A stretch of 64,000 nt of DNA from a virus, in the IMG/VR virus record IMGVR_UViG_3300049979_000188; one strand, written 5' to 3'. Position numbers and translations under genes: made by a program. Shown here one piece after another: positions 1 through 8,260 of this stretch. How positions within the stretch are numbered: the stretch's first letter is position 1; each line of letters begins with the position of its first letter. The notes under the pieces are model-generated. The model was not told the origin of the DNA, did not search any database, and saw only the letters and a program-made list of their open reading frames with translations.

Positions 1-243
1 ATGCCCAGGGAACAACGAGTGCTGGTGGCCATCAAGCTGCAGCAAGTCGTGCAGTGACACCCAGAACAAGTCACTCAGCATGGTAAGCTCACTCAGACTC
101 GGCCGCTGCGTACCCGCCAGGTACGCTTCCGCCTTAGCCAAGTCAACTTGCAAATAAGTGGCTAATTGCTCGTTCGTGACGAGAAAGCGTTGCTGCAAGG
201 CCCGTAAATTAACGCTGATATGCTCGTTAAGCTGCGTATCCAT
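1..243 (-). CDS. XRE/Cro-C1-type helix-turn-helix protein (runs off window edge)
   Basis: Manual translation from ATG at 243: MDTQLNEHISVNLRALQQRFLVTNEQLATYLQVDLAKAEAYLAGTQRPSLSELTMLSDLFWVSLHDLL; XRE pattern (LA..L.V......Y..G...P.L..L..L...F.VSL.DL). Not in ORF track. Confidence 0.7.
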   Translation of the reverse strand, partial: MDTQLNEHISVNLRALQQRFLVTNEQLATYLQVDLAKAEAYLAGTQRPSLSELTMLSDLFWVSLHDLLQLDGHQHSLFPGH

Positions 244-263
244 AGTAAATACTATCGTTGAGC

Positions 264-401
264 TGACAAGATAGGGCTCGAACCTATGACCTGCGTACTT
301 GGCAGAAAAACTGACTGTATTTTGACACCCTAACGGGCGCTTACTCACGTAAGTACAGTTCTGCTGCGGTTCTGCTGCTCTACCACCTGAGCTACTTGTC
401 A
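264..401 (-). tRNA. tRNA-like gene with a long structured insertion in the anticodon arm (identity unclear; a CT-GCC-AA Gly-like loop lies near the 3' side)
   Basis: Perfect acceptor TGACAAG/CTTGTCA, D-arm GCTC-AGGTGGTA-GAGC, T-arm ATAGG-TTCGAGC-CCTAT; 138 nt total; no encoded CCA. Confidence 0.6.
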
Positions 402-407
402 AAAGAT

Positions 408-660
408 GACCGCGGGTAAGACCTACTAGAACCCCACGGTCGACGCATCCTATTGTCCAAAGTGCCCCCTCTTGTGGGTAAACACTTAGGGATGCTTTGC
501 CCTACACCCTATGGTGGCCGGTACCCTATCTGAAGGGGTCCACCCTAAAAGTGCATGGCACATCCTCCTTGTCGACTGACGGTTCCCGCTACCCAAGGAG
601 GTCGGCGCGGGAACTACACCAGCAGCTCACCTGCTGGAACCCGGTAGATAAGCGCGGGTC
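408..660 (-). ncRNA. Candidate structured ncRNA, about 250 nt
   Basis: Terminal pairing GACC(C)GCG/CGCGGTC; internal helices CCAGCAG/CTGCTGG (619-637), GTTCCCGC/GCGGGAAC (582-614), GTCGAC/GTCGAC (439-444 with 571-576), GTGCC/GGCAC; lies between two tRNA-like genes; no convincing ORF. Confidence 0.45.
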
Positions 661-723
661 GTAATTATCACTTTCCAGTATTTCAAAGAGCACGTTTACC
701 CGCGTCAAGGGGTACGTAAGAGT

Positions 724-906
724 GAATACGAAATCCACGGTAGGAGTTGAACCTACAAAGCTAGTCGCGCTACTGCCAGCGACTAGCGGCCAGGCCATTG
801 CCTGGGGCTCTCGCCCCTTGAGCAGTAGAGTCGGTGTTCACCCGAACCCCATCCTTTGGCTAGCTACCCCGCGCGTTTACCCATTTCGCCACGTGGCTTC
901 GTATTC
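724..906 (-). ncRNA. tRNA-like (Leu/Ser-class D-arm) RNA with multi-hairpin insert and extended acceptor helix
   Basis: D-arm GGCGAAATGGGTAAACGC, T-arm GTAGG-TTCAACT-CCTAC, acceptor CCACG/CGTGG extended by GAATACGAA/TTCGTATTC; internal hairpins GGGGC-GAGA-GCCCC, CCAGGC-AATG-GCCTGG, GCTAGTCGC/GCGACTAGC. Confidence 0.55.
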
Positions 907-976
907 AGTAACAAGCCCTTCGTTTAAGGACCTTTAACTAAGAACTGCCGAGTATACGTATAAACTACGTTACGCG

Positions 977-1462
977 TTACACCGTAGTTCGCTTTTTTTG
1001 CGTATCCTCGTAAAGTTCAAGGCTTTTGCTTAGCAAGGCATCCAGGCCTTCCACGACGTGGAGTTGGGGAAGCTTCACTCGGTCGGCGTGGGCGAGCACA
1101 ATCGCACGGGCGTTGTTGGAATCCTTCCCACCGCCGGGGTTTGCCGCCAGTAGCTCCGCACTCACACGCTTCTCGATGAAGACAACCACCGTCCGACGCT
1201 CATACGATTTGATGGCCCCAATAACGGCAAAGCCAATTTCGGCCAGCGAGGCCGTGCCCGTCGTTTCGCCCGTAATGGCAAAGACCACAATGCCGTCACT
1301 GGCCAGGTGCTCGGCTTCGAGCAGGGCGTCGTCAGGCGACCAGTCAGCCTTATTAGGGTTAAAAAAGTCAATACCCAGCTCCTGATAGCGCTGCGTAAAA
1401 GCATCCCGCCACTGAGAGTTACCGCAAGTCCCGAATAAACCAATTGAAGCTTGAGCCGCCAT
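977..1462 (-). CDS. Nucleoside 2-deoxyribosyltransferase-like protein
   Basis: GLFGTCGNSQWR...FFNP..ADW......EAEHLASDGIVVFAITGET.G..SLAEIG matches the NDT-like fold pattern; start moved to ATG at 1462. Confidence 0.65.
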   Translation of the reverse strand: MAAQASIGLFGTCGNSQWRDAFTQRYQELGIDFFNPNKADWSPDDALLEAEHLASDGIVVFAITGETTGTASLAEIGFAVIGAIKSYERRTVVVFIEKRVSAELLAANPGGGKDSNNARAIVLAHADRVKLPQLHVVEGLDALLSKSLELYEDTQKKRTTV

Positions 1463-1604
1463 GTAAAAAGAAAGGTAGAATGAAAAAAGGATGCGGAAAA
1501 GAGTTGAATTTTCAGCAAATAAGTGGCTACTACTGGATTCCAACCAGTAACCTACACCTTCGGAGGGTGTCGCTCTATGCAGTTGAGCTAAGTAACCAAA
1601 TAAG

Positions 1605-1802
1605 TCAACCGGCCAGTAACCGGTTGACTTCTGTTAAGGTAACCTCTTCGCTAAGTCGGCCAGCTTCGTACTGAAGCAGAAGCTCCTTGATACGGGGCTT
1701 GTGCTCGACTTCGAGCAGAAACGGATACTTGCGCCGTAGCTGGCGCCCACGTAGAATGGAAACCAAGAGTGCATCACGGAAATAAACGGACGTTTCAGCC
1801 AT
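1605..1802 (-). CDS. Hypothetical protein
   Basis: 65-aa ORF tiling between codirectional genes. Confidence 0.5.
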   Translation of the reverse strand: MAETSVYFRDALLVSILRGRQLRRKYPFLLEVEHKPRIKELLLQYEAGRLSEEVTLTEVNRLLAG

Positions 1803-1827
1803 CTTGACTAACTGCGTAGCGCGTACA

Positions 1828-2502
1828 CTAAGAACGTACTTCGAAACCTTCCTGCAAGACCTGGGCCCCGGTCAGCACCCATATCTCGTGGCGGTTAGCC
1901 GGGTTTTTAATGGCCTTCCCACTCAGGCGGCCCATGTTCTCGGCCGATTCTTTGAGTAGCGAACCCGTCTTGGCATTCACCACTCGCTTACCCTTGTCCT
2001 GGCTCACGTAATAGAAAAGCTCGGGCTTGAGCTGCTCGGTGAGCGTAGCCGCAGCTGTTTGCGGCGCTGGCTCAGCGGCGTTAACCGTCGGCTCGCTCAT
2101 CAACCGCATGCGCTCCTGCACAGTCAGCAGGAACTCACGAACGGCTTTGGGGGCGGCCGGCGACATGAGGCGCACGATGGAGAGTAGGAACGGCTGGTAC
2201 TCGGGCTCGTCAAGCAGGGCGGCCAGCTGCTCGATAGTTTTGAAGCGTACGGAGGGCACCGGCGCGCGGCCTTTGTCGTGGATGTGAATCACGTACCCGT
2301 CGTTACGCGGGTCTACCATAAGGCTAAAACGAGCCGTGCCCCAGGCAAAAGAAGATTGGTCTTCCAGCGACATTGGGCCCGTGGGTTCCATAAGCTGCCC
2401 ATTACCCGTACGAGCGGCTTCGAGTTCAGCACGGGTCTGCAGCGCCTCCTCCAGACGAGCTGGCAGCGACTGCTTGGTTTCTTCTTTCTTATCGGGTTGC
2501 AT
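1828..2502 (-). CDS. Hypothetical protein
   Basis: 224-aa ORF, codirectional. Confidence 0.7.
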   Translation of the reverse strand: MQPDKKEETKQSLPARLEEALQTRAELEAARTGNGQLMEPTGPMSLEDQSSFAWGTARFSLMVDPRNDGYVIHIHDKGRAPVPSVRFKTIEQLAALLDEPEYQPFLLSIVRLMSPAAPKAVREFLLTVQERMRLMSEPTVNAAEPAPQTAAATLTEQLKPELFYYVSQDKGKRVVNAKTGSLLKESAENMGRLSGKAIKNPANRHEIWVLTGAQVLQEGFEVRS

Positions 2503-2515
2503 AGAGAAGAGGTGT

Positions 2516-2540
2516 AAAAAAACCTGGTACCCAGGTTTTT
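2516..2540. terminator. Bidirectional intrinsic terminator downstream of the tRNA-Glu unit
   Basis: AAAAACCTGG-TAC-CCAGGTTTTT. Confidence 0.65.
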
Positions 2541-2565
2541 GGCCATTGGTACCAGGTATGGTAAT

Positions 2566-2596
2566 GTAGCCCGTAGGGGAATCGAACCCCTACGTT
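2566..2596 (-). other. Isolated tRNA 3'-half (T-arm plus acceptor 3' strand)
   Basis: AACGTAGGGG-TTCGATT-CCCCT-ACGGGCTAC with no matching 5' half; directly downstream of the intact tRNA-Glu. Confidence 0.65.
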
Positions 2597-2601
2597 AGCT
2601 G

Positions 2602-2675
2602 TACTGCGCACGGGGCTCGAACCCGTACTCCCCGCCGTGAAAGGGCGATGTGTTAGCCAGTTACACCAGCGCAGC
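2602..2675 (-). tRNA. trnE: tRNA-Glu(TTC)
   Basis: Acceptor GCTGCGC/GCGCAGT, anticodon arm TCGCC-CTTTCAC-GGCGG, T-arm ACGGG-TTCGAGC-CCCGT; CCA not encoded. Confidence 0.92.
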
Positions 2676-2697
2676 ATTTTTCAAAAAAAAAACCTAT

Positions 2698-2937
2698 TAC
2701 AGTAACAACGACACGAAGGGCGATTCCTTTTCGTCAAACGAATCCAAATGCTGCGTAAAACCGGGGAACCACCCCCAGTAATAACCTCAAAACCATGCTG
2801 CAAGCAGCACAGAGACGGAAATCTTGAGGCGCTTGAAACCAACCGCATGCCAGAAACAGCCACTAGTAGTGAACTGAAACCCCCTTTGAAGAGTCATTGG
2901 AAAAGGAATCGTTTATTCCTTCGTGTCTGATACTGTA
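2698..2937 (-). ncRNA. Candidate structured ncRNA, about 240 nt
   Basis: Three-segment closing helix TACAGTA/TACTGTA, GACACGAAGG/CCTTCGTGTC, CGATTCCTTTTC/GAAAAGGAATCG; internal hairpins; directly downstream of promoter 2967-2994; no plausible ORF. Confidence 0.55.
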
Positions 2938-3208
2938 AAAACCACCTTAGTGGCTTTGTGAACTAGTATACGCAGTTTGCGCTGGCTGCGTTACGTGTGG
3001 CGTATCTTTTTTTGGTGCAAGCTTTAAAAAAGGGTTAACCACTCTACCAGAAGCCGGTTGTACTTGGTGCCAATCGGCTAAACCTAAGGGGATTGGTTCT
3101 TCCCGGTCTGCCCGGGTATGTAAGACAAGCAGCAGTAGCCACTTCATAAGCAGAAAAACAGGTTGGCGAAGTAAATTATGCAAAAACCAGCCAGGTCCTC
3201 TTACCGGG

Positions 3209-3667
3209 TTAGCTCAGTGAATAGGCATGGCCTGGTACACTGCGACTGCGTCCTTGTAAACCCAGCGCCTCGTCGAGCAAGTGAATAAGCTGTAGACGAC
3301 TATCGTTTTCACTTACTGGGGCTGCCAAAAATCTGGCTTCCTGCGTATTGAGCCAATAAAGCGAGAACCCCAGCATTCGCAACTGCTCGACAGCCGAACT
3401 GTAGCGAATGGCGTAGTAAAGGTGGTGCTCACATTGGCGGGGGAAATAGAGCTGCTCATCGGGCGGCCCGTTGAAGTGATGCAATTCGATGGCCGCTAAC
3501 ACCAGAACCCCTAACAGGCACCCGCTAACGCGCCGCTTGTCAGCTGCCCCCTGGTAGGCAAGGGGCAGCTGCAAGTAGTCGTTTTTATCCACCACAAAGG
3601 TAGGGCGCTGAGCAATAGTACGCGCGTGCGCGAGTACCTCCAGGCGCAGGTACGCAATATCGTTCAT
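3209..3667 (-). CDS. Hypothetical protein
   Basis: 152-aa ORF in tiled operon. Confidence 0.65.
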   Translation of the reverse strand: MNDIAYLRLEVLAHARTIAQRPTFVVDKNDYLQLPLAYQGAADKRRVSGCLLGVLVLAAIELHHFNGPPDEQLYFPRQCEHHLYYAIRYSSAVEQLRMLGFSLYWLNTQEARFLAAPVSENDSRLQLIHLLDEALGLQGRSRSVPGHAYSLS

Positions 3668-3673
3668 GCAGTA

Positions 3674-4219
3674 CTAGGCGACTTCAGCCTCCGTTTCTTC
3701 ATACTCAGGGTAGGCCGCTAGTATGGTCCGGTACTCACTGGCTAGCATCTCCACGAGCCCGGCTACTGGTTGAAAGTCGTCAACCAGGTCACTGAGGCTG
3801 ATAAGGATATGCGGACCCCGGTAGTGGAAGCTAGCCGTACGTATAAAACGGTCCTGGTAAACATCGGCCTTAAAGCCGATGAGCGCATTTACCTCAGCCA
3901 GCGTGACAAGCGGAAGGTTAGTCATGCGCGCTACCACTTCAGGGGCCACTTTTACGCCGGGCCGGTAGAAGCCCCCACCAGCCGATACCCAGTGTTTAGG
4001 TACTTTGCCTTTCTCGAAGGCAAGGGAGACAAGGCCACCGGCTGCGTTATCGTACGAATTATGACGGTACTGCGTAGCACCTAGCTCTTCGGCAAAGGCA
4101 TCGGCTTTGACGCGAGCTTCGTTCATGCGGGTCTGCACGGCGAGCAGCTCCGTATACAAGGAGCTGTTGGGGTCAACTTGGTAAAACATGGAGGTAAAAT
4201 TAAGTGGTTTCCCAGACAA
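3674..4219 (-). CDS. Hypothetical protein
   Basis: 181-aa ORF in tiled operon. Confidence 0.7.
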   Translation of the reverse strand: MSGKPLNFTSMFYQVDPNSSLYTELLAVQTRMNEARVKADAFAEELGATQYRHNSYDNAAGGLVSLAFEKGKVPKHWVSAGGGFYRPGVKVAPEVVARMTNLPLVTLAEVNALIGFKADVYQDRFIRTASFHYRGPHILISLSDLVDDFQPVAGLVEMLASEYRTILAAYPEYEETEAEVA

Positions 4220-4604
4220 CCACTGGGCTGGTTAAAGAAGCAACAACAGGAACTAGCAACTTATCGGGGGGCCAGCAGCGCCCCATAATCCCGTTCTCCA
4301 GGTAAACCTTCCAGCATGGATACACTGAATCCAGTGCCGCGTCGTGGGCATCGTACATGGCCACGCCTAGAAATTCCAGCGTATACCAGTGATGCACCCG
4401 GTCCCCTTGCTTAATCTCAAAGCCCTTTCGCCAGGTGAAGTACTCCCCGTATTGCTTACGCTCCGCCGCACGCTGGCGACTAACCCGTAGCCGGCGCAGC
4501 TTCTCACCCCGGTAGAGGCGCAGCTGGTAATCAGCATCGAGCAGGCGCTCTAAACTTAGGTCAGGTAGCATGATGGGAATGATGGAGGTTGATGAAATCG
4601 GCAA
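4200..4604 (-). CDS. Hypothetical protein
   Basis: 134-aa ORF overlapping neighbours. Confidence 0.6.
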   Translation of the reverse strand: MPISSTSIIPIMLPDLSLERLLDADYQLRLYRGEKLRRLRVSRQRAAERKQYGEYFTWRKGFEIKQGDRVHHWYTLEFLGVAMYDAHDAALDSVYPCWKVYLENGIMGRCWPPDKLLVPVVASLTSPVVVWETT

Positions 4605-5001
4605 TCTGCGTCGGGGTAAGCGCGGGGATGCCGTAGACCGAAATAAGCAACGGGTCGGTGGTTGCCAAAATTTTACGGCCTTCGTAGACCCAATTTACGC
4701 CTTCGCCTTCGTACCAACACGGATTTTGCGGTTCTTGCCGGCCAATGCCTACCACATAGTAGTCATTCACCTCAGCCCCCATGTCGTAGCAAACTGCCCA
4801 ACCACCGGGACCAGGGTCCACTTCTTCTTCAGCCACTTCGTGCAAATGAAAGAAGTGAAAGCCCCAGCCGGGAGCTGGGCGTTGCGTACTCGGCAAGGGA
4901 CCCTTACGAGGATTTGCGGTAAGCAGCAACAGAGCCCCCTCCGGGGTAGACCTTCGATGGGGGGCGGCTACAAGCGTCTTATGGATGGGGATGGGCGGCA
5001 C
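4561..5001 (-). CDS. Hypothetical protein
   Basis: 146-aa ORF; true start may be downstream. Confidence 0.55.
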   Translation of the reverse strand: MPPIPIHKTLVAAPHRRSTPEGALLLLTANPRKGPLPSTQRPAPGWGFHFFHLHEVAEEEVDPGPGGWAVCYDMGAEVNDYYVVGIGRQEPQNPCWYEGEGVNWVYEGRKILATTDPLLISVYGIPALTPTQIADFINLHHSHHAT

Positions 5002-5446
5002 GTATAGACAAGGGTTGAATGTAAGCTAAACCAAATCCGCCGGCCTGACCTTCTACACTCACGAGTACGTCCTCCAGGTTAGGGACCCAGGCTGGTGAGC
5101 GTGTGCGGGTAGGTTGACTAGTGAATACGGTAGTTGCTTCGTCGCAATTGACCACCAGCACGGAAGTGCCAACTGGGTAGGCTGCGTTAAAGGCATCAGC
5201 CTGGGCCTGCAGGCGGGCGAACTTATGCGTATCACGCCAGTAGCGACGTGCATCTTCAGCCGCTTCTACCACGGGGATGTCAGCCTCCGGTGCCCGTTTA
5301 ACTTGCAGCTCAATGTAGGCCAGCGTGTGACCGCAGTCACGGGCCTCACGGTGCGCCGTTGCCCGAGCTTTGCTAGCCGAGACAGCGGCTAGTAGGATAG
5401 GCCCAAAACCCGGCGCCTGGCACCGAAAAGCCTTAAGCTTGCTCAT
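4979..5446 (-). CDS. Hypothetical protein
   Basis: 155-aa ORF in tiled operon. Confidence 0.65.
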   Translation of the reverse strand: MSKLKAFRCQAPGFGPILLAAVSASKARATAHREARDCGHTLAYIELQVKRAPEADIPVVEAAEDARRYWRDTHKFARLQAQADAFNAAYPVGTSVLVVNCDEATTVFTSQPTRTRSPAWVPNLEDVLVSVEGQAGGFGLAYIQPLSIRAAHPHP

Positions 5447-5873
5447 CGGCGGTACGGATAGGCAGAAGCGTGCGACCCCGGTTATAGTGGGGGATAGGGT
5501 CAGGCACGGGAATGAGTACCCGGTAATCGTAATCTACCTGCTGGCCCTTGTAGTAGTAGGCACTATCGGAATAGCTGCTTTCGGTCTCTTCATTCTCGTC
5601 AGGCTCTACTACAACCACATCTAGCAAGGCAATTTCTTCGGGCGAGAGTTCACTAATTTCGCATTCACGAGCCGCCGTAACCTCGTACACACTTGCCTGC
5701 GGGTGATGACCCAGGGCCGCATCAAGCTCGTGGAGCTGAGCCACAAAACGGTGTTGCCACTCCAGGGGCATGGACTGCAGCAAGGTGCGCGGCAAGACCA
5801 GGTAGTTGGAGTAGGTAAGCGAGAACCACGTGTGGATGTCCATCGGTTCTTCCGGCAAAGATTGGGGGTCCAT
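5433..5873 (-). CDS. Conserved phage hypothetical protein
   Basis: IHTWFSLTYSNYLVLPRTLLQSMPLEWQHRFVAQL resembles a recurrent phage hypothetical family; downstream of promoter 5905-5932. Confidence 0.7.
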   Translation of the reverse strand: MDPQSLPEEPMDIHTWFSLTYSNYLVLPRTLLQSMPLEWQHRFVAQLHELDAALGHHPQASVYEVTAARECEISELSPEEIALLDVVVVEPDENEETESSYSDSAYYYKGQQVDYDYRVLIPVPDPIPHYNRGRTLLPIRTADEQA

Positions 5874-5945
5874 GAGTAACCTAACTGAAGTGAGAATCTC
5901 CCTGGTTACGTAAAAAAAGGTGTCTTCGTTACCGGCCCTAAAGCC

Positions 5946-5974
5946 AAAAGCCCTGCTTAGATAGCAGGGCTTTC
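5946..5974. terminator. Intrinsic terminator
   Basis: AAAAGCCCTGCT-TAGAT-AGCAGGGCTTT. Confidence 0.65.
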
Positions 5975-6009
5975 AACTAGATACTGACCACGATGTTCGT
6001 ACGAGAAGG

Positions 6010-6648
6010 TTACCGCCGCGGGTTACGAGCTTTGCGACGAGCGTTCTTTTCGTTAAGTGCCCAGTTTTGCTGACCCTCAATTTCAAAAAGACGCATGCCC
6101 GGGCGACTGGCTAACGGCCGCGGCGCAGGCGGGACTGGCGCAGACAAGCTGGTGCTCACTTGTGCCCCCGTGGAGAGGGCCGCGCCTGGCCCGAGCAGCA
6201 AGCGTTGTAAATTACGTAGTTGATTCATGGTTTCGTTTCCTATGGATTCACTGTAGCTAGTAAGCATGTGCTGCGTATGCGTAAGCTGAGCTTGGGCTAA
6301 GACCACCTGCTGCTGGTACTCAGTCTGAGGAGTAGCTTGCATAGCGCTTCTTTTTAAACTCGGCGTAAGGGGTCTAAGCAACTCGGTTAAGGATACGAAA
6401 GGTCGCAGGGCCGTAAAGTCGTACTGCGTAAAACGTTTTGACCTTACCCGCCCATAGTCAAGTTGAGCGGCCGGGACCTGAGCCAGGTTCTTACGGGCGA
6501 CGTGGTCAGCTTGATATGTCCAGCCAGCAAGCATAACCGCGGGTGCTAAGCCCATGTAGCCGTACTTACGTGACTCGGGCTCCGGATTAAGCGGCGGTAG
6601 TAGCAAACCCAAGGGCATTTTTTGCTCGAAGCTGGCGTGATTTAGCAT
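6010..6648 (-). CDS. Hypothetical protein
   Basis: 212-aa ORF. Confidence 0.65.
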   Translation of the reverse strand: MLNHASFEQKMPLGLLLPPLNPEPESRKYGYMGLAPAVMLAGWTYQADHVARKNLAQVPAAQLDYGRVRSKRFTQYDFTALRPFVSLTELLRPLTPSLKRSAMQATPQTEYQQQVVLAQAQLTHTQHMLTSYSESIGNETMNQLRNLQRLLLGPGAALSTGAQVSTSLSAPVPPAPRPLASRPGMRLFEIEGQQNWALNEKNARRKARNPRR

Positions 6649-7145
6649 GGACGAAGCGCTTGTAACTGTTGACGTATAAGATGGCCATCGGTGCCAGGCA
6701 GGCGGGAGAGAAGCGCATTAGCATGCAGGTAGATAGCGACCAGGGCACAGGGCCACATCCCGTCGAAGAGGGGGTGGTAAAAAAGCGCCGTGCACCAGAG
6801 TAAACTGGCCGTTAACCCACTTAGCGGACCGGCAGCGTAAACAACTAGCAAATGAGCCGGTCCAACGCCTTCGTGGGAACCACTCACCTCACCGCACATC
6901 TCACGCAATGAAAAGTAACAAGCTATACCCAGTAAGTGACAGGTCGGGGGAGTATGCGCACTGGCTCGACTGTCGGTACCCACGCAAAACTTATTAGGCT
7001 GCATGCCCAGGTGCAGCGCGGCCAGTAGATGGGCGAGCTCATGCAGAAAACAAGTGCCCCACATTAACAGCCACCCAAGTAGGGAATTCACTATCACTAG
7101 GCCCACGAACGCGGCCACCGTACGATACTCCTCAAAGACGTGCAT
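6642..7145 (-). CDS. M50-family (site-2) intramembrane zinc metalloprotease, short form
   Basis: TM helix then FLHELAH (HExxH), YAAGP, and NALLSRLPGTDG (NxxPxxxxDG-like); start set at ATG 7145, 7 nt below its own promoter 7153-7180. Confidence 0.75.
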   Translation of the reverse strand: MHVFEEYRTVAAFVGLVIVNSLLGWLLMWGTCFLHELAHLLAALHLGMQPNKFCVGTDSRASAHTPPTCHLLGIACYFSLREMCGEVSGSHEGVGPAHLLVVYAAGPLSGLTASLLWCTALFYHPLFDGMWPCALVAIYLHANALLSRLPGTDGHLIRQQLQALRPC

Positions 7146-7197
7146 GAGTAAGTATACGAAAAACAAAGCCAGCATGTTACTGCTGGCTCGGAGGGAA

Positions 7198-7476
7198 TTA
7201 GTGACCTGCGCTGCTGAGCACGAGTTTCGCACCGACGTCCTGCAGCTGGACCTTGTGGTAGCGATAACCAGGGGTGGGTGGCGTTTGCTGATAAGCGGCC
7301 AGAATACGGGTCGCCGTATCAGGCCAGGGTTTACCGAAGGTACCTTGCTCGTAGCGCATGGCCTCTACGCCGGCCTGGCCGTTGGGGGCGGTATAATGGG
7401 CTTCCACTACGAGGCGACGGGGACGGTCAACGCTACGGTCTGCACGAGCGGAGGAAACGGAAGGGCGAGGAAACAT
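7198..7476 (-). CDS. Hypothetical protein
   Basis: 92-aa ORF between the two proteases. Confidence 0.5.
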   Translation of the reverse strand: MFPRPSVSSARADRSVDRPRRLVVEAHYTAPNGQAGVEAMRYEQGTFGKPWPDTATRILAAYQQTPPTPGYRYHKVQLQDVGAKLVLSSAGH

Positions 7477-7547
7477 GGGAGAATGATGTTGGAATTAAGT
7501 AAAGTACGAAAAAACCCTGTCGTTGTTACGACAGGGTTTTGATAAAC

Positions 7548-8252
7548 TTACGATTTAGGACCAAAGACGTCATTGTAAAAGCCTGCCACCAGTAGGCTCA
7601 AGACAATGAGTATGCCTATAATAGTAAAGCAGGTAATCAGCTTGCTATTTGCTCGACGCCCAGTGGCTAATTGGTAACCAGCAATTACAACACGCCCGCC
7701 ATCAAAGGGTAGAACGGGGAGCATGTTGAAGATGGCCACCGAAATAGAGAGCAAGGAGACTTGCACGCAAAACTTGATGAGTGTGGCGTTTTCCATAAAG
7801 GTATAATTACCTTTAATCGTATTGTGGCGGTAGATGTCACCTGGCTGGTGCGCAAATAGCTGGTAAATACGCTCCAGCAAGAGCGTGAAGATATGCCACC
7901 CGCCGCGGACAGCATCCAGGGGGCCGGCGCCGTGAAGTAACCCGGCGGCAAACAAGGCGAGTAAAGTTAACCCTACACTCGCCGCTGGCCCAGCCAGGGC
8001 CACCAGCAATTGCTGCCAGGCTGGCACGTCAACGTATTTACGGTGCGTGTCATCGTAGCGCACATAGCCGCCGAATAAGATGGGTGCAATGCGAAACGCG
8101 GTACCACCCTGATTGAAAAGGGTGTAAGTTGGGCCGATGCCGATGGTGAGGTCTCGCACCGGGAGCTTGAAGAGCCGCATGGTAAAGAAATGCCCGAGTT
8201 CGTGAAAGAGGATGGCCAGACTGATGATGAGCTGCGAGAGGATTAAATTCAT
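7548..8252 (-). CDS. RseP-like site-2 protease (M50), no PDZ domain
   Basis: ILFHELGHFF, LTIGIGP, FRIAPILFGGYVR, VALAGPAAS, IFNMLPVLPFDGGRVV: full set of RseP/S2P motifs. Confidence 0.9.
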   Translation of the reverse strand: MNLILSQLIISLAILFHELGHFFTMRLFKLPVRDLTIGIGPTYTLFNQGGTAFRIAPILFGGYVRYDDTHRKYVDVPAWQQLLVALAGPAASVGLTLLALFAAGLLHGAGPLDAVRGGWHIFTLLLERIYQLFAHQPGDIYRHNTIKGNYTFMENATLIKFCVQVSLLSISVAIFNMLPVLPFDGGRVVIAGYQLATGRRANSKLITCFTIIGILIVLSLLVAGFYNDVFGPKS

Positions 8253-8260
8253 AGCTATGC

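Noticed and set aside
264-906. tmRNA, RNase P RNA or group I intron identity for the structured RNAs
   Set aside because: No G3.U70 alanine acceptor or tag ORF, no RNase P P4 signature, and inserts are too short for group I cores.
589-937. ORFs 589-798 (-) and 722-937 (+)
   Set aside because: They overlap structured RNAs, have no recognisable protein features and lack proper start context.
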